Shown here in pieces: positions 37,501-51,900 of a stretch of DNA of 64,000 bases (positions are counted from its first letter, which is position 1; every line of letters starts with the position of its first letter). Made by a program: the position numbers and the translations under genes. Source of the DNA: Bispira polyomma. Its lineage: Eukaryota. The notes under the pieces are model-generated. The model was not told the DNA's origin and did not search any database. It was given only the letters and a program-made list of their open reading frames with translations. Location of the stretch: NCBI GenBank assembly GCA_965649765.1, contig OZ287748.1, positions 76,384,001-76,448,000 of the forward strand, given 5' to 3'.

Positions 37501-40500
37501 TCACGGCTTGGCCATCAAAACTGAACTGAATGGAGTGGGGCTGTACTTTGCAAACAATATGCTCCTCATAAAGCTATTCATATAAAAACTACTTTTGGAC
37601 TAAAACCATGCAGTTTACTAACTGGTCTTGAAATATTGTGACTGAATTCAGAATTGATGTTTCCCTCCAACAATGGATATAACTATGACATTGTCATGCA
37701 GCAACAATCTTTATTAATGGGATGAAATATTCATAAGCAGCGAAAACATCCTTCTAAATATCAAAGTTCTTCATGTTTGAGATTTGTTACCTCTGCAAAG
37801 GGGAATTATGTTCTCGCCTGGTGTCCATTAGTTTGTTTTGTCCCCAGGACTACACCATAACTCCTGAAACAATTTACATGAAATTTTGTGGAGGCATAGG
37901 GTCACGAAAGAATCCAGTAAATACAGGGTAGAAAGGTGCAGCCAGGAATTTTTTGAACGGGAGTATTGGTATGCACACTTCTTCTAGTATACATAAACAT
38001 CATCGCAAATGGTGAAAACTAGTGGTGAAACTTTGATTAAAAAAGCATCCTTTGATTTGTTATGTTTTCCATTCTGCTTGTAATATTGTAATATAGTATC
38101 TCTATTTAGTAAATATAAATATAAAAACACAGGCCATTTGGTAGAGTGCGTACCGTCTGCATGGTGCCAAAAATTACTCTGTCATCGTCCAATTCATCCA
38201 CAGGATATTAAAAAACCTCAAACCCTCTTGACACAGGTACAAAACTTGGAAGTTATATGTTCACCTTTTCCATGGCCTTACATATTTTTCACTTACCCAC
38301 AAGTCATTTTTAAATTGCATTTGTCCCCACGTATATGCAGATGATATGGTTTAATATAAATTGCCATTAAAGCTCATGGTGTTAAGAACAAGGGGATGCA
38401 TCAGCCCATTTAGACTATTGTATTCGGAGATGGATGTCATGTTATAATCTTAAGCTCATCCCAACTTAAGCGGAGCTTTAAGATTATTGGCATTGAGTAA
38501 TATATCAGACCCGTTGATACATATTCTCCAAATGACCGTCTTGCAAAACTAAAGTGAAACCCATGGCAATTTAAGATTCCATCATTTCCTGGACTTGTTG
38601 CTAGTGTTTCAAGCATGTGTCATTCTACTTCTAATTTTATAACTGATTTTTGTAATTGTCGCTACCTGCCATTGTTCTTTATTTGGATGATGTGCCATTG
38701 GATCCACTAGTAAAGCGATTAAGCACTAAGTTACTTGATTGTCTAACCTGCTGATAATTACCCGTAGCCCAAAAGGTTGCTGTTGCCCCAGTACTAAACT
38801 GATTGTATAAAATTTGGTGTAGGCGTGGGACATGGGCCAAAGATGAATTTATTATAAATAAAATACACGTATCAGATTCAGGTAGAAGCTGACTTTGTCA
38901 CTGTTCGTTGTATCTTGGTGGAAGTGTGAGCTCTATGAAGTGTCCTTCTAATTCAAAGCTTTAAGTGGTTACTACATTTTATATGTTATTTATTTTAATT
39001 TTGTTCTCTTGTTTCAACATGTAATGTAATCATAATGTATCATGTTCATGTTATCAATAAGTAAACTAGAAATAAATATAATCTCATACTGAGACAGCTA
39101 TTGGTGTTGCAAATGATTTGATCATAGTAGACTAGGTTACTGCAATAAATTCCCACTAAAACCGCTACTTAAATTCATAATACTGCTATACAGTTTAAGT
39201 AAGATTGACATTATATAAAATTATCCCCTTCCCCTAACATTTGAAATGGTTGTCTCTCACATTTCACATTTTATATTACTTTTTTCCTGTCCTTATATGA
39301 AAGAGGTAAAAACAGATCTTTGGCAATGAGTAAAGTGCAGCGTGGCTTCCTGTCTTTATCTCAAAACTTAGTTTAACATTACTTTATTCTGGTGCTGTTA
39401 GATACAGTTCAAAGTAATGAGGTACTAACCTCCCATGAAAACAGGAGTTTGTTAAGTATCACAGTTTTAAAGGGGTATTAGGTTCATCCAAAGACTATCA
39501 TGCAATCAATACCATGGATGTTATATATATTTATTTTCAGGAAAAATATAATATAAAAAAGTTTTTGTAGTGATGCAAGTCTTTACATATATATTTTAGT
39601 AGCATATATTTTCCTGAAGAACTAAAAGATCTATATATAATCCTGCTGTAATAGTATTGTGTATATTTTTTGCAGTAGATAGTAATATATGTACATGATA
39701 AACTAGTGTAATAACAGAGAAGGTGTGGGTGCCGGACAATAAATCTGTATAAAACCTATTATCCTAGGCATCCATCTTTTCTCTTCTTATTGTCAATATA
39801 TGTTACTTTGGCCTTTGTACACTAAGGACCAAAAATTTTGAGCCGCTTTTAAAAAAGCCGTTTCAAAAATACACAAGCACATCTAAAACCATTTCTCAGA
39901 TGATTCAACTTGTCAACGAACAATAGTTTAGGAGATATTACTTTAATTTTAATTCTTTAGCTATATAATTCTTATGTTAATACCTTAAGTCTTTTAATTT
40001 CAGCTCAAACTTTCTAATTTATGTGTTAATTTTTAAAGTTTTTTGATTTCAGGTCAAACTTTCAAGTGATTACTGTATCTATTTTTATAATTTTTTTGAT
40101 GTTTGATGTTTTTAATAGGATTCCTTCTATGGTAACTATAGCAACACGAAATGTCAAAGCATCCCACCCATTGTGGGGTTTCACTATAAAAGAAATGTGA
40201 AATGAGTTAGTCATACATTCATAATTACTGTTAGTGCTTAGAAGGCAAATATATCTTTCTTTGGCCATATGTCTGAAAGGTAGTCTTCTAACTTGATAGT
40301 TTTCTATCGTCTTTTCATAGGCAAAATACATTTGTACACTTTTTAATAACAACATACAAAAGCAGTGAAATGTGATGTCAAAATTGACTCAAATATATTT
40401 TGAAAGTTAACATCATTAATGGGCTCGGTCGCTTAGGCTTAAACCACAATTATGAAATTACAATGTGGCTGTAGGCATTTATATACATACTCTTTGTATA

Positions 40501-41434
40501 AAATAAGCTCCCTAATAAATGTTTTACCTGACTGTAAACCTTGTATGACAACTATGGGGTAGTAACTGAAATATAGTGCTTTTAAGATCGTAAGCTCAAG
40601 CTACAAACTCTAGGGTCAAATGGCGAAATGTAGCACATAAATATTATTTAGTGAATATTTGTAGCAAATATGAACTTCCTCTAAAATATGGTTATTGCTA
40701 TGTAGTACATATCTCCAAACTAAATATGTCCAAACTAAAATGAAAGTAAAACTATACTGTGAGTATCAACCTTATGCCAGTGTAAGCATAAAATAAGACA
40801 TGTTTCTGTGGGCTTAGTTGAGGTTTTTTTTTTTATTTATATAAAAAAGTAAATTGCCAAAAGTGTAATTACAGCACCTATTGGGTGGCTTAACAGCAAC
40901 AAAGTTATGTTACAAAAAGAAAGATCATTAAGTGTTCCATGGCCCTTTCCACTTCTTTATCTACTAAACACTGCTCGTATATGAGGATCATCAGGGATGC
41001 ATCATTATTTCAAATGTTAGGCATGACACTAGTGCATAAAAATATATTAAGCCTTTTGCTTGTGCAGCTTTTTTATGGAAGTAAACAGTCTAAACAAAGA
41101 ATGATGAATCATCTATTAACCATGTTATTGACATTGTTTTTTTGTTATTTTAATAACTGCAAGGTGAAATTCCTTGGCAAATGGAGTGTAGCTGAGTTCT
41201 TTATTAAGTTGTATACTCTGTGTGTAAGTTTTCAGGATAACCTGACAACCTATTTGTCAACTGTCAGATTTTCTGACACTTACAAGTTGTTGGCCTTCCT
41301 TAGGGCAATGGTCTGTGAGGCCTATTATAGGTAATGTGTAAAAGTATATCTTAGATATAGCACTAGACACTTGAATATTGCACACATAGACAAAGTGTAA
41401 TATATTGTGATGGTGTGGTTGTTGTTATGTAGAA

Positions 41435-43085
41435 GACGCGCAACACTTTGAGTCAGTGCTAGGAGTAACCTTAAATAAAATAAAATAATGCATTTCTATC
41501 ACCCCTCTGTGGTTCCCGAGTAATAGGTTATTCCAGAAAAAGCTTTGTGGTACAAAATACTAGTATAAGACCCTATGTTTTCCGACAATCGGGATCATTA
41601 AATGTTTACTGGAGAGAGGACCTCACAATGGATGTTTGCCAGTTAGAGGGGTATGTTGATAGTAGTAGTGGCATCTCCTTCCCCTTCGCCTTGGTGGAAA
41701 TTACCACATGAAACCACTCATATGACAATAAAACGAGTTCCCTGGAAAGTCTAGTGAAACATGTGTGGGGAATCCCAGACTCAAGAAGAACTTTGCAATT
41801 TGATTCGTTAGAACAATGGGCCATTGTAGCACATGATGCAGTCATTAGGGAGGGGTGCCCTAATTACTTAAAGGCGCATGTGCCTGCCACCTCTGAACTA
41901 AATATAGAAGCATGGCGGCAAGCTTTAAAGGGGATGGGGATATTTTGTTACATGAGTATCTGGAATTCAGCTTCCCCTTGGACATGAAGGCTGATGGCTT
42001 TATATTAACAGTGAAATTAAAAATCATGATAGTGCTGAGCAATTGCCAGAAAGTGTTGACAAATATTTCATCACAGAGCGGTTACATAAAGCAATCGCAG
42101 GTCCATTTCAAGAAAAATCCTACAGGCAATTGCACTGTTCACCAGTCATGACTCATCCCAAAGATGACAAAACTAGGCATATATCGATGACCTTGTCGCC
42201 GTAGAAAAGGTTAAAAAAGCAAAAGATTCCTTTGATCACTTATACCGGTTAATTGAAAGCTTAGGGTTGTCCATAAACCCCCAAAAAGTATTTCTCCGGC
42301 TCATGAATGTGTGTGTATGGGCATTCTAGTTAATGCCCAAAAAGGTATGCTTACAATTCCAGATGACAAATTGAAACAAATTAAGGCCACATGTGAACAA
42401 TGGCATTCTAATAATAATAATAATGTAGAGCTCCAGCCCATAATGGCTTATGGGGGATGGAGATCCTCGGCCATATGGGCATACCTGCAGTCCACCCCTA
42501 ATGCATCAGCATCTGTAGCAAAGTCTCTACAACAAATAATACCACATTAACATCTAGTATGGCATTTGTGCATTGTAAATACTACATGTTCACACTATAT
42601 TTTATAATGTATAGTATATACCATCAGTAGTAGTAGAAAATAGAACTTTACATTTACATTTCAAAAGTTACAATAAGGTAACCTTACCATAAAGCTTGGT
42701 TAAGCTCATCTGAAATTCATTTTAAAATTAAAAGACAGTATTTAAACTAAGGTGGCCTTAAATCACCATTTTAACTTATCACTAATTTATGGTGACCTTT
42801 AATAAACTTGATTAAAGATTAAAAAGTATTCAAGTTAAGTTGATCTTAAGTCATTTGTTTTGGTGACCTTAAGTCACTTACTGTTAAAGGTAAAATCTAG
42901 ATGTAAGGTGACCTTAATATATAAGCTCACCACCTCATGTACATTAGTAGTAAATGTTATATATTATAAACTATTAACATTGTATGTTAGATGATGTAAT
43001 AAATTCCCAAAGTGCTATACAACGGTGTTTTATATATCATTCTCATATCACTTTTGCCCTTATCTAAGGTGGCCCGTGCCACAGC
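41435..43085 (+). mobile_element. YR retrotransposon E3, distinct family, heavily internally deleted; in unit U3
   Basis: RT remnants (PNY...VP..S.LN..AW, EFSFPLD, LHCSPVMT, DDLV, CVCMGILVN..TIPDDKL) fused to the YR C-terminus (NVELQPIMAYGGWRSSAIWAYL). 3' motif array at 42674-42920. Confidence 0.85.
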
Positions 43086-45621
43086 CACAACCACTAAATT
43101 GGATCAGTAAAAATTTTGAATTGTATCAACAGCTTGTACAAGTTTACAGGGAAACCTAGTCTGGTAATATCCTGGTTTTACTACGCAAACATACAAAGCT
43201 CATTTCTCATTTTCTATGCTCATATATTTATTTTTTGAAATATGGAAAATTGATTTTATTACCTGCCATGCATGATTTACAATACTGTGCCTTCCTAGTT
43301 AAGGTGGTCTTACACTGTCATACATATATAGTTAATTATTACATTTTTAAGATTCCATTAAATACACCATATAATTAGTGATGCTAAGTTTGCAATTAAC
43401 CATTGTAATATGTATTTACTTTTTAGTATTTACTTCTGTCTTTCTATTGGCTTGTGTTGGTGGGACTAGGGAATGATTGATGAAGTGATGATAGCTGTAT
43501 AAAAGTAAATTGACAAAAGTTCACAAAAAAGCAGACCAGTTTAAGCATTGCTGCAAGAACTTAAAAAAAGTGGACCATTTTTGCAACGCGGTTTCTTTGT
43601 CTGAGAGACGTTCTCATGGTCCATTAAACTATGTCACATGAGGGTGTCTTAAGTAAAATTACCCTTACAAAACAGATCTATTTGTGACATCAAAATGCAG
43701 TAAATCAAAACCCCAAAAAGAGAGATAAGATTTAGAAACCTTGAGCAGTGTTTTAAAAAAAAGAAGTTCAACCGGTACATCTAATATTCTTTACTTTTTT
43801 TGGACAGGAGCTGCAATTAGATTCTTAATGTGCCACAGGTTTCAAAGAAAATGCATTAATTAATGTACTCATGAAAATGACTTGTGTCTGGTGTATAAAA
43901 TCCAATCCTGTGAATAGTTTTCACAGCTTGCCTATCAAAATTGAACTGAATCGGGTGGGACTGTACTTTACAAAAAATATGCTCCTTAATGCATGATATT
44001 TCCAGGTTTTAAAAACAAGGCCCTTTTCACAAAGGTAAGGTCAAATGGGTTTAGCACATAATACAGCAAAGAATATCCCGTGTCTTTTAGGGTATTTCAA
44101 TTAATTGGTATAAATAGAACCCACAAAAATGTCAATTTGTTTTGCTTGAATCAAGATTTGGAAGGACTAAAGGTAAAAGTACTTTGGGCTTAAACCATGC
44201 AGTTTACTAACTGATCTGGAAATATTGTGACTAAATTCGTAATTTATGTTTCCCTCTAACAAGGGATCAAACTCTAATATTGTTATGTGGCAATAATTTT
44301 CATTAACAGGATGGAATATTCATAAGCAGCCAAAGCATACTTCGCAATATAAAAGTCCTTCCCCAGGACTACACACTAACTCATGAAGAAATATACATAA
44401 AAATTTTTGGAAGGACAGGGTCATGAAAGAATCCAGTAAATGTTAGCCAGGGTAGAAGGGTGAATCCGGGAATTTTTTGAACATGGATATTGGTATGATC
44501 TATTGATACACACTTCCCAGATGAGCCTCTTTCAAAACGAAAGTGAAACCAGGGGCCATTTTTTTTATTTTATCATCATTCTTTTTCCTGGACTTGCTTC
44601 TAGTGTGTCAAGTATGTGTTACTGTACTTCTAATTTTGTAACTCACTATAGTAAGTTTGTTGCTACCTGTCATTGTCTTTTGGTAATTTTTTCTGTTTTT
44701 TTCAGAGTGTTGACATATAATTCTTTATTTGGAAGATGTGCCTTTGAATCCACTAGTAGAAAGATTAAATACTTGGTTACTCAGTGATTGACTGATTGTT
44801 TAACCTGCAGATAATTACCTTAGCAAAAAAGGTTGCTTTTGCCCATATGCAAAACTGATTTATATGAAATCTAATGTAAGCGTGGGCCAAAGATGAATAT
44901 ATTATAGATAGAATACACTTAACGGATTCAGGTAGAAGCGGACTTTTCACTTTTCGTTGCACCTTGGTGGAGGTATGATGTCTACGAAGTGTCTTTCTAA
45001 TTCATAGCTTTAAGTCGTAGTTCTATTTTTCCTAATTCTATTTATTTTTTTCTTTTGTTTCAACATGTAATGTATCATGTTGATGTTATCAACAAGTAAA
45101 CGAGAAATAAATATATTCTCATACTGAGACAGTCACCAGTCAAATGCTTTGATCATAGTAGAATAGGTTACTGCAATATATTGCAACTAAAAGAGCTTCT
45201 TAAATTTAAAATAATGGTATATAGTTTAATTAAGACTGACATTATATAAAAGTAACTCCTTCCCCTAACATTTACAATGGTTGTCTCTCACATTTCAAAT
45301 TTTATATTAATTTTTTTCTATTCTCATATGAATGTGGTAAACATAAATTTTTAGCAATGAGTGAAGTGCAGTGTAGCTACCTGCCTTTAAGTCATACTTA
45401 GTTCAACATTACTTTACTTTTGTGCTGTAAGATCATTTCAAATTAGTGAGGTACTACCCTTCCCGGAAAAAAGGAGTTGATTTAATTTCATTAACAGTTT
45501 AAAAGGGGTATATAGTTCATCCAAAAAGACTACCATACAATAATTTATTTATTTTAAGGCAAAATATCAAATAAAGCTTTTGTGTTAAAGTAAGCTAAAT
45601 GAGTGTTTACATATATATTTT

Positions 45622-48600
45622 TGTAGTGGACGTGGGAAAACCCCGTCGCTGTCTCTCATGGTAAGCTACCGCGAAAATCAAACCCCAACCTGGGGGGGAG
45701 CGATCTAACCATGGCCTGAAGGGGTTCGCCGTTGTCGAATTGGCACACACTACCGGATACTGGGTCTCACCCGGCATGGGCTCAACCCAACGCGGCTGCC
45801 TGGGAGGGGGGAAAGGGGGACCGAGCTCCATCATACCACTTAATAGTTCTTCTATCCGTATCTGTCAATCTTATATAGGATCTAACCTATCGTCAACTGT
45901 CACAAGTTATCAATACTTTCCATTTGCTGTCACTATGTCGATTAGGTCGACAAGACTATAACCCATAAATCAAACTTTCCTACCCAAAATTCCAGGGGTT
46001 TACTAACAGAACCTAACCACACTGATATTGATACTCTGGGGTTGCTCTACCCCAAACTACCTGGGACAACTCTGGTTTGTTGCCCGGCAACCAACCTATT
46101 CACCCTGCCAAATTCTCAGGGGTCAAACCCCCTATCAACTAATACTCTCATCTGTTGTGGTTAAGATTCCCCCCTTAGCCATTCCTGAAATATTCTGGAT
46201 ACTCTATAACTGGATAGCCCAACCTTAGGGTTTCTCAATCTGGTAGTGTAAACCAAACACAATGTAGAGTAGGAGTCGTGAAAAAGTGAGATATTGCAGC
46301 CTTTTTGGGACACATATTTCCTTTTTAGGGCACCTATGCATATTACCTTACAACTAATTTGTGAGGGGACGGACACGCTGCCAACCAACCCAAGTACAGG
46401 TTTGTAAACCCAGCTCAAGGTTAGTTGCCTTCAAGGTCGGGGCCATGGTCACCCTCTACTTTAAAACCTTCCTAGTTTACTGCCAAATGCAGATTAGTAG
46501 TCAAGAAAAGTTGTTTTGAATCAAGTGAAAACACAATCATAGAAACACAATAACTGACATTTTAACAAATATATATTAATAACAAAAGTAAAATTGAAAT
46601 AGATATAAGATATGGAGAAGAAAATTAAAGGTAATAGGCACCTATATTTTTGTATATAAGCAAAACACAATTAAACAAACCAAAACCTAATTACAAGAGT
46701 AGTGAGATTTTAAACTGAAGCCAACAACCATTTAGAGATGAAGCAGTTAAGGTTAATACTTTAGAATTAGAAAAATAGCATAAAAGTTAATACCAACAAA
46801 TGACATTGAAATAAATAAACACATTAACGCAAATTAACCAAAGAAACAATAAATTTATGAATTGGAATATATAAGGAAAATGCAAGCTGCAGAAACATTC
46901 ACCGAGGATATGACATAGACAACAAAATATTATTTGTTCAGATTTTAATTAATACTTTTAATACTTTGAAATACTGTGATACATTTTATAACCAAAGAAT
47001 ACTTGTTTCTAATCAACCAATATTTGCAAATCAAACAGAGTAATAATATTATGTATTTAAATCAACAATTTTAAGCAATAAAATTTATGTATTACTAAAG
47101 TAAATTTTTACTATAATTAATTATTACTAGCAATATTATTTCCATCTAAGAATTATTCTTTGACAATTTAACTACAAATATTATAGTTTACTGATAATAT
47201 AACACAAGTTCTACTAAAATCCTACCGTGCAACAAGTCCCCATATTCCTAAATAATAACTCAACCCTACCATTTACTTAGACCTTACCCAACTTTATACT
47301 GGAATGGGGTACTCAATCTTATTAATCCACCCATTCTTGTTTTCCTGTACCATGCGATGAAGTCCTCAGACCGTATCTGTATACACAGAACCCCTGGAAC
47401 TTTCACCCACATCATGGGTACAGTAAGCAAATATAGGGACTGGAAATCAAATGATGAAACTAGATTAAAGATGAAGGTTAAAGGTCAATGTTAAAACCCA
47501 CTTACTGAAATGAATGATGACCCAGATGCATAAAATGTCAAAATTTGAATAGGTAAATTTACCAAACATGGCCTCTTGCCGCCTCAGGCAACTAATACAG
47601 GGTAATGGGCTGGTCACACCTACACATGTTAACGCCCCCAATGTACCAAGCAATATACACTGAAAATGTGGTAGTTTTGTACCAAAGTGACGTCATTTCC
47701 ATAAAGGGGTAGTCTATTGTGACATTTTTTCGAACACTTTACTGGTAGTATATCATTACCTTCTGCTACGTAGATCTACTATACTGCTACTTACTTGTGC
47801 GTTCTGTTGCATTCTGCTGCTTAGTGAAACGTTTTTGACTAACGATGACAAGTGGATAAAATTGCACTACTTACTGGGACTTCCTCGCTACCTACTACAA
47901 TGTAGAGCTACTTACTGATACGTCTATACTACTTTCGGAAACGTTCCGGGACAAACAGAGAAACCTGAAGAAACGGGAGCTATGACACGATTCTTTCAAA
48001 CAGTTTGCAACATTCATCGGAGGAGACAAAACGGAGACATTTCCGGAACGATATCATCCGTTAACCAATGTCACGGAACAAACGCATCAGAGATCCTCAC
48101 TTTTGCATTTCCTTTTACTACGTTTGTACTAGGTTTTAGAACAATTTAAAACACACACACGTAGCTCCAGCCTGTGTAGGTGTGACCAGGCTTTAACCCA
48201 GCTAGTCCCCTCCAAGAATCTTGCCGGCTCCTCACCTGCCTCGTTGGGCTAGAAATACATATTCCATGATTGATGTAGCCCAACAGAGTGCGATGGGGTA
48301 ACAAAGTATTCAGGTATACTCCAAGTACCACCAAATGAATGAGGTGTAAAACATTATAATAACAATATTGGAAGAAACTGATCACCAAGATGGTCCAAAT
48401 CAAAACTGACAGCAAAATCCCAATACAACTTTACTCCAATACTTACTAACTAATTGGTCAAAATTGGGTATAATGATATTTAAATATAATGAAACTTACC
48501 CCAAAATACCCCTATTCCCACAAAATATGTTATTACTACTTACTAATACATCATAAGTATGAACCCTACCTTTATTAATCTATATTTTTTTTTTGTTTAA

Positions 48601-48953
48601 ATCCAGATAAAACAGAAAAACACATCCAGTCCCAATAAGAAAGACACTCCAGATCCAGCATGACTTGCTTACCTGGCCAAATTATATCTGTTACCAGGAT
48701 CTCTATTGGCCAAGGAAGATCACAAACATCCAACCTTATATCTCCCTGGATATCACCCATCTAAAAAAGAAACCCCTGATGACATCAGCTTGTTTACATC
48801 CATTTAGGGACTTCTGCACTGGGTACTTTTAAAACAGCATTCCAAACAGCTGAAAACATAGCCAAAATGAGGCTATATTACCTTTTGAATAGCCAATATT
48901 AATTCCCGAAATTTTGGTAAATTAAGGGCCTTATGGAAACAGCATTTGCCACA
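45622..48953 (-). mobile_element. Long (~3.3 kb; ~2.7 kb without the nested MITE) LTR-like insertion, probably a solo LTR, in unit U3
   Basis: TGTAG...CCACA termini, 4-bp TTTT TSD. Flanks rejoin to the empty site catatatattttagtagcata seen in other units. No coding homology recognised; orientation inferred from minus-strand splice-like signals. Confidence 0.7.
47606..48193. mobile_element. Harbinger-like MITE (inverted relative of 10306-10929) nested in the LTR-like insertion
   Basis: TAA|tgggctggtcacacctacac ... gtgtaggtgtgaccaggctt|TAA; internal homology to 10.3-10.9 kb. Confidence 0.8.
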
Positions 48954-51900
48954 TTTTAGTAGCATATCTTTTTCTGAAGAACTAAAAGTTCCATATATAA
49001 CTCTGCTTAAATAGTATTGTATATATGTTTGCAGTAGATAGTAATGTATTATTATGATAAAATAGTGCAATAACAGAGAAGGTGTGGGTGCGAGACAATA
49101 AATCTGCATAAAACCTATTATCCTGTGTATCTAGCTATTCTCTAGTTATTTCAATGTATGTTACTTTGGCCTTTCCACACTAAAGACTAACAATTTTGCT
49201 TTTAAATTAGATGTTTTAAAAATACACAAGCACATCTAAAATTATTTCTCAGATGCTTCGACTTGTCAACAAACAATAGATCGGGAGATATTAGGTTAAT
49301 TTTAATTCTTCAGCAATATAATTTATGTGTTAATACTTTAAGTTTTTTAATTTCAGGTCAAACTTTCAAGTGATTACTGTATCTGTTTTTGTAACTTATT
49401 TGATTGATTTAATGGGATTCCTTTTAGGGAAACTATAGCAACACGAAATGTCAACACATCGAAATCCATTGTGGATTTTCAGTATAAGAAATGTGGAATC
49501 ATTTAGCCGTTTATCTGTAATTACTGTTATTGCTTAGAAGGTAAATATATCTTTCGTTGGACCTATGTCTAAACGTAAGTCCTCTAGCTTGATGGTTTTC
49601 TATTGCCTTTATATAGGCGAAATACCTTTGTACAGTTTTTATCAACAACATTCAAAAGCAGTGAAATGTGTTTTATGTCAAAATTGACTCAAATAAATTT
49701 TGAAAATTACCATCTTTATTGGGCTCTGCCGCTTGGGCTTAAACCACAATTATGAAATAACGATGTGGCTGTAGACAATTATATACATACGATTTAGATA
49801 AAATAAGCTCCCTTATAAATATTTTAACTGACTGTAAAACTTGTATAACAACTAAGATATCGTAACTGAAATATAGTACTTTCAAGATTGTGTGCTCAAG
49901 CTACAAACTCTAGGGTCAAATAGCAAAATAATGTCACTCTAAAATATAACACATAAATATCGTTTACTGAATATTTGTAGCAAATATGAACTTTCTCTAG
50001 AATATTGTTTTTGATATTTAGTACATTTCTCAAGGGTAAAGTCAAAAGTGGTAAAATTTTAAGATCAGTACCAAGAATGAACTTACTGTAGCAAGTAAGG
50101 TAATGCGATCTAGTCCTGTCAAACAACACATTTGCTTGCCTGACAGACCAACACAAGGGGCAACTATAACTCTACAGGCAGTCTGGGCTCCAAAATTAAA
50201 ACTAGATATCTGCACCCTCACGTGCACTATGTAGCAGTAAAAGTAGTCTTGGCAGTAACTGACAAAGGTATTGACACATTCATCGATAGAGTTATTACCC
50301 CAACCTGTTATTACAATGTAAAACATTGATGTATTTTAATGTGTAAATAAATGAATAGTTTATGCATATAATGATAGTATTAATGAAAAAAAGCACAATT
50401 TCAAAATTAATTTTTTTTTATTTTATTCCATAATTTTGTATAATTTGAATGGAATCCATTATCTGTGAAAGCAGCTGATTAACCAAGCCCCAAAAATTCA
50501 CCACGGGAAATAAACATTGTTCAGTCACTAAAACTTAAATAAAAGTAAAACCAAAGACCTTATGCCAGTGTAAGCATGAAATAAGACATGTTGCTATAGG
50601 CTTAGTTGAGTTTCTTTTTCCTTTATATAACAAGTAAATTGCCACAAACGTAATTACAGCATCTATCGGGTGGCTTAACAGCAACAAAGATGTGTTATAA
50701 AAAGAGGGATCATCAAGTGTTCCATCGCCCTATCCACTGCTTTATCTACTAAATACTGCTCGAACATAAGGATCAACAGGGATCCACCATTATTTTTTTA
50801 TGTAAGGCTTGGCACTAGTATTCATAAAAATATATTGTGCCATTTGCTTGCGCACCTTTTTTGTGAAAGGAAACTTTCTAAACAAAGAATGATGAGTCAT
50901 CTATTAACCCTGTTATTGACATTGTTTATTTGTAGTTTTTCTTCTGGATTCATGGTAACCCATGCTGTCAACTTCATCGCTTTGAAGTTTGTTTACCAAA
51001 GGACTGAACAACTAATTTCACAACCACAAAAATGGAGCAGTAACAAATTAAAATTGTGTCAACAGCTTGTACAAATTTACAGAGCAACCATGTTCTGGTA
51101 ATATCCTGGTTTTACTAAACAAGTATACAAAGCTCATTTGTACACTTGATGCTGATAAAGTCATTTCTTGAAATATGGTAAATTGATTTTGTCAGTTGCC
51201 ATGCAAGCTTTAGAATAGAAGGCCTTCTCTAGTTAAGGTGGTCATTCATCGTCATCCATATATACAGTTGATTGTTAGGTTTTTAAGATTACATTAAATA
51301 AACCTTTTAATTGGTGATGCTAAGCTTACCATATTTAGCATCTTAACTAATGCATACAATTAACTATTGTAATATTCATTTACTGTTTAGTGTTTTGTTT
51401 TTACTTCTGTCATGCTATTGGTTTGTGTTGGTGGGACGAGGGAATGATTAATGAAGTGATGATAGCTGTACAAATGTAAATAGTCACAATTTGACATTAT
51501 GTCAATGTAGTGACTCACAAGTTTTGTTTGAGTTAAGCGTGAGTTGAAGCTCTAAGTGTATTTGCAGACTAGAATGCTTTTTGTCATGAAGCTTAGGTCA
51601 GTTTAAGTATTTATTGCTGCAGGAACTTTAAAAAAAGTGGACTCTTTGTGCAACGCAGTTTCTTTGTCTGAGAGAAGTTCTCATGGTCTATTAAACTATG
51701 TCACAAAAGGTGTCTTAAGAAAAACTACTCTACTACACAAAAACAGATCGATTTGTGACATTAAAATGCAGTAGAACAAACCCCCCAAAAAGAGTTAAGA
51801 TTTAGAAACCTTAAGCACAGTTTCGAAACAAAACAAGTTCAACCAGTACATCTATTATTCTTTACTGCAATTTGATTCTTAATGTGCCACAGCATATGCA

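Noticed and set aside
40939-41334. 131-aa ORF in the array
   Set aside because: Created by a unit-specific deletion junction; homologous positions in other units have stops or frameshifts.
42674-42920. CRISPR array interpretation of the repeat-spacer motif cluster
   Set aside because: Repeats are only 13 bp, degenerate and irregularly spaced, the context is eukaryotic and no cas genes are present. Kept as a non-CRISPR finding.
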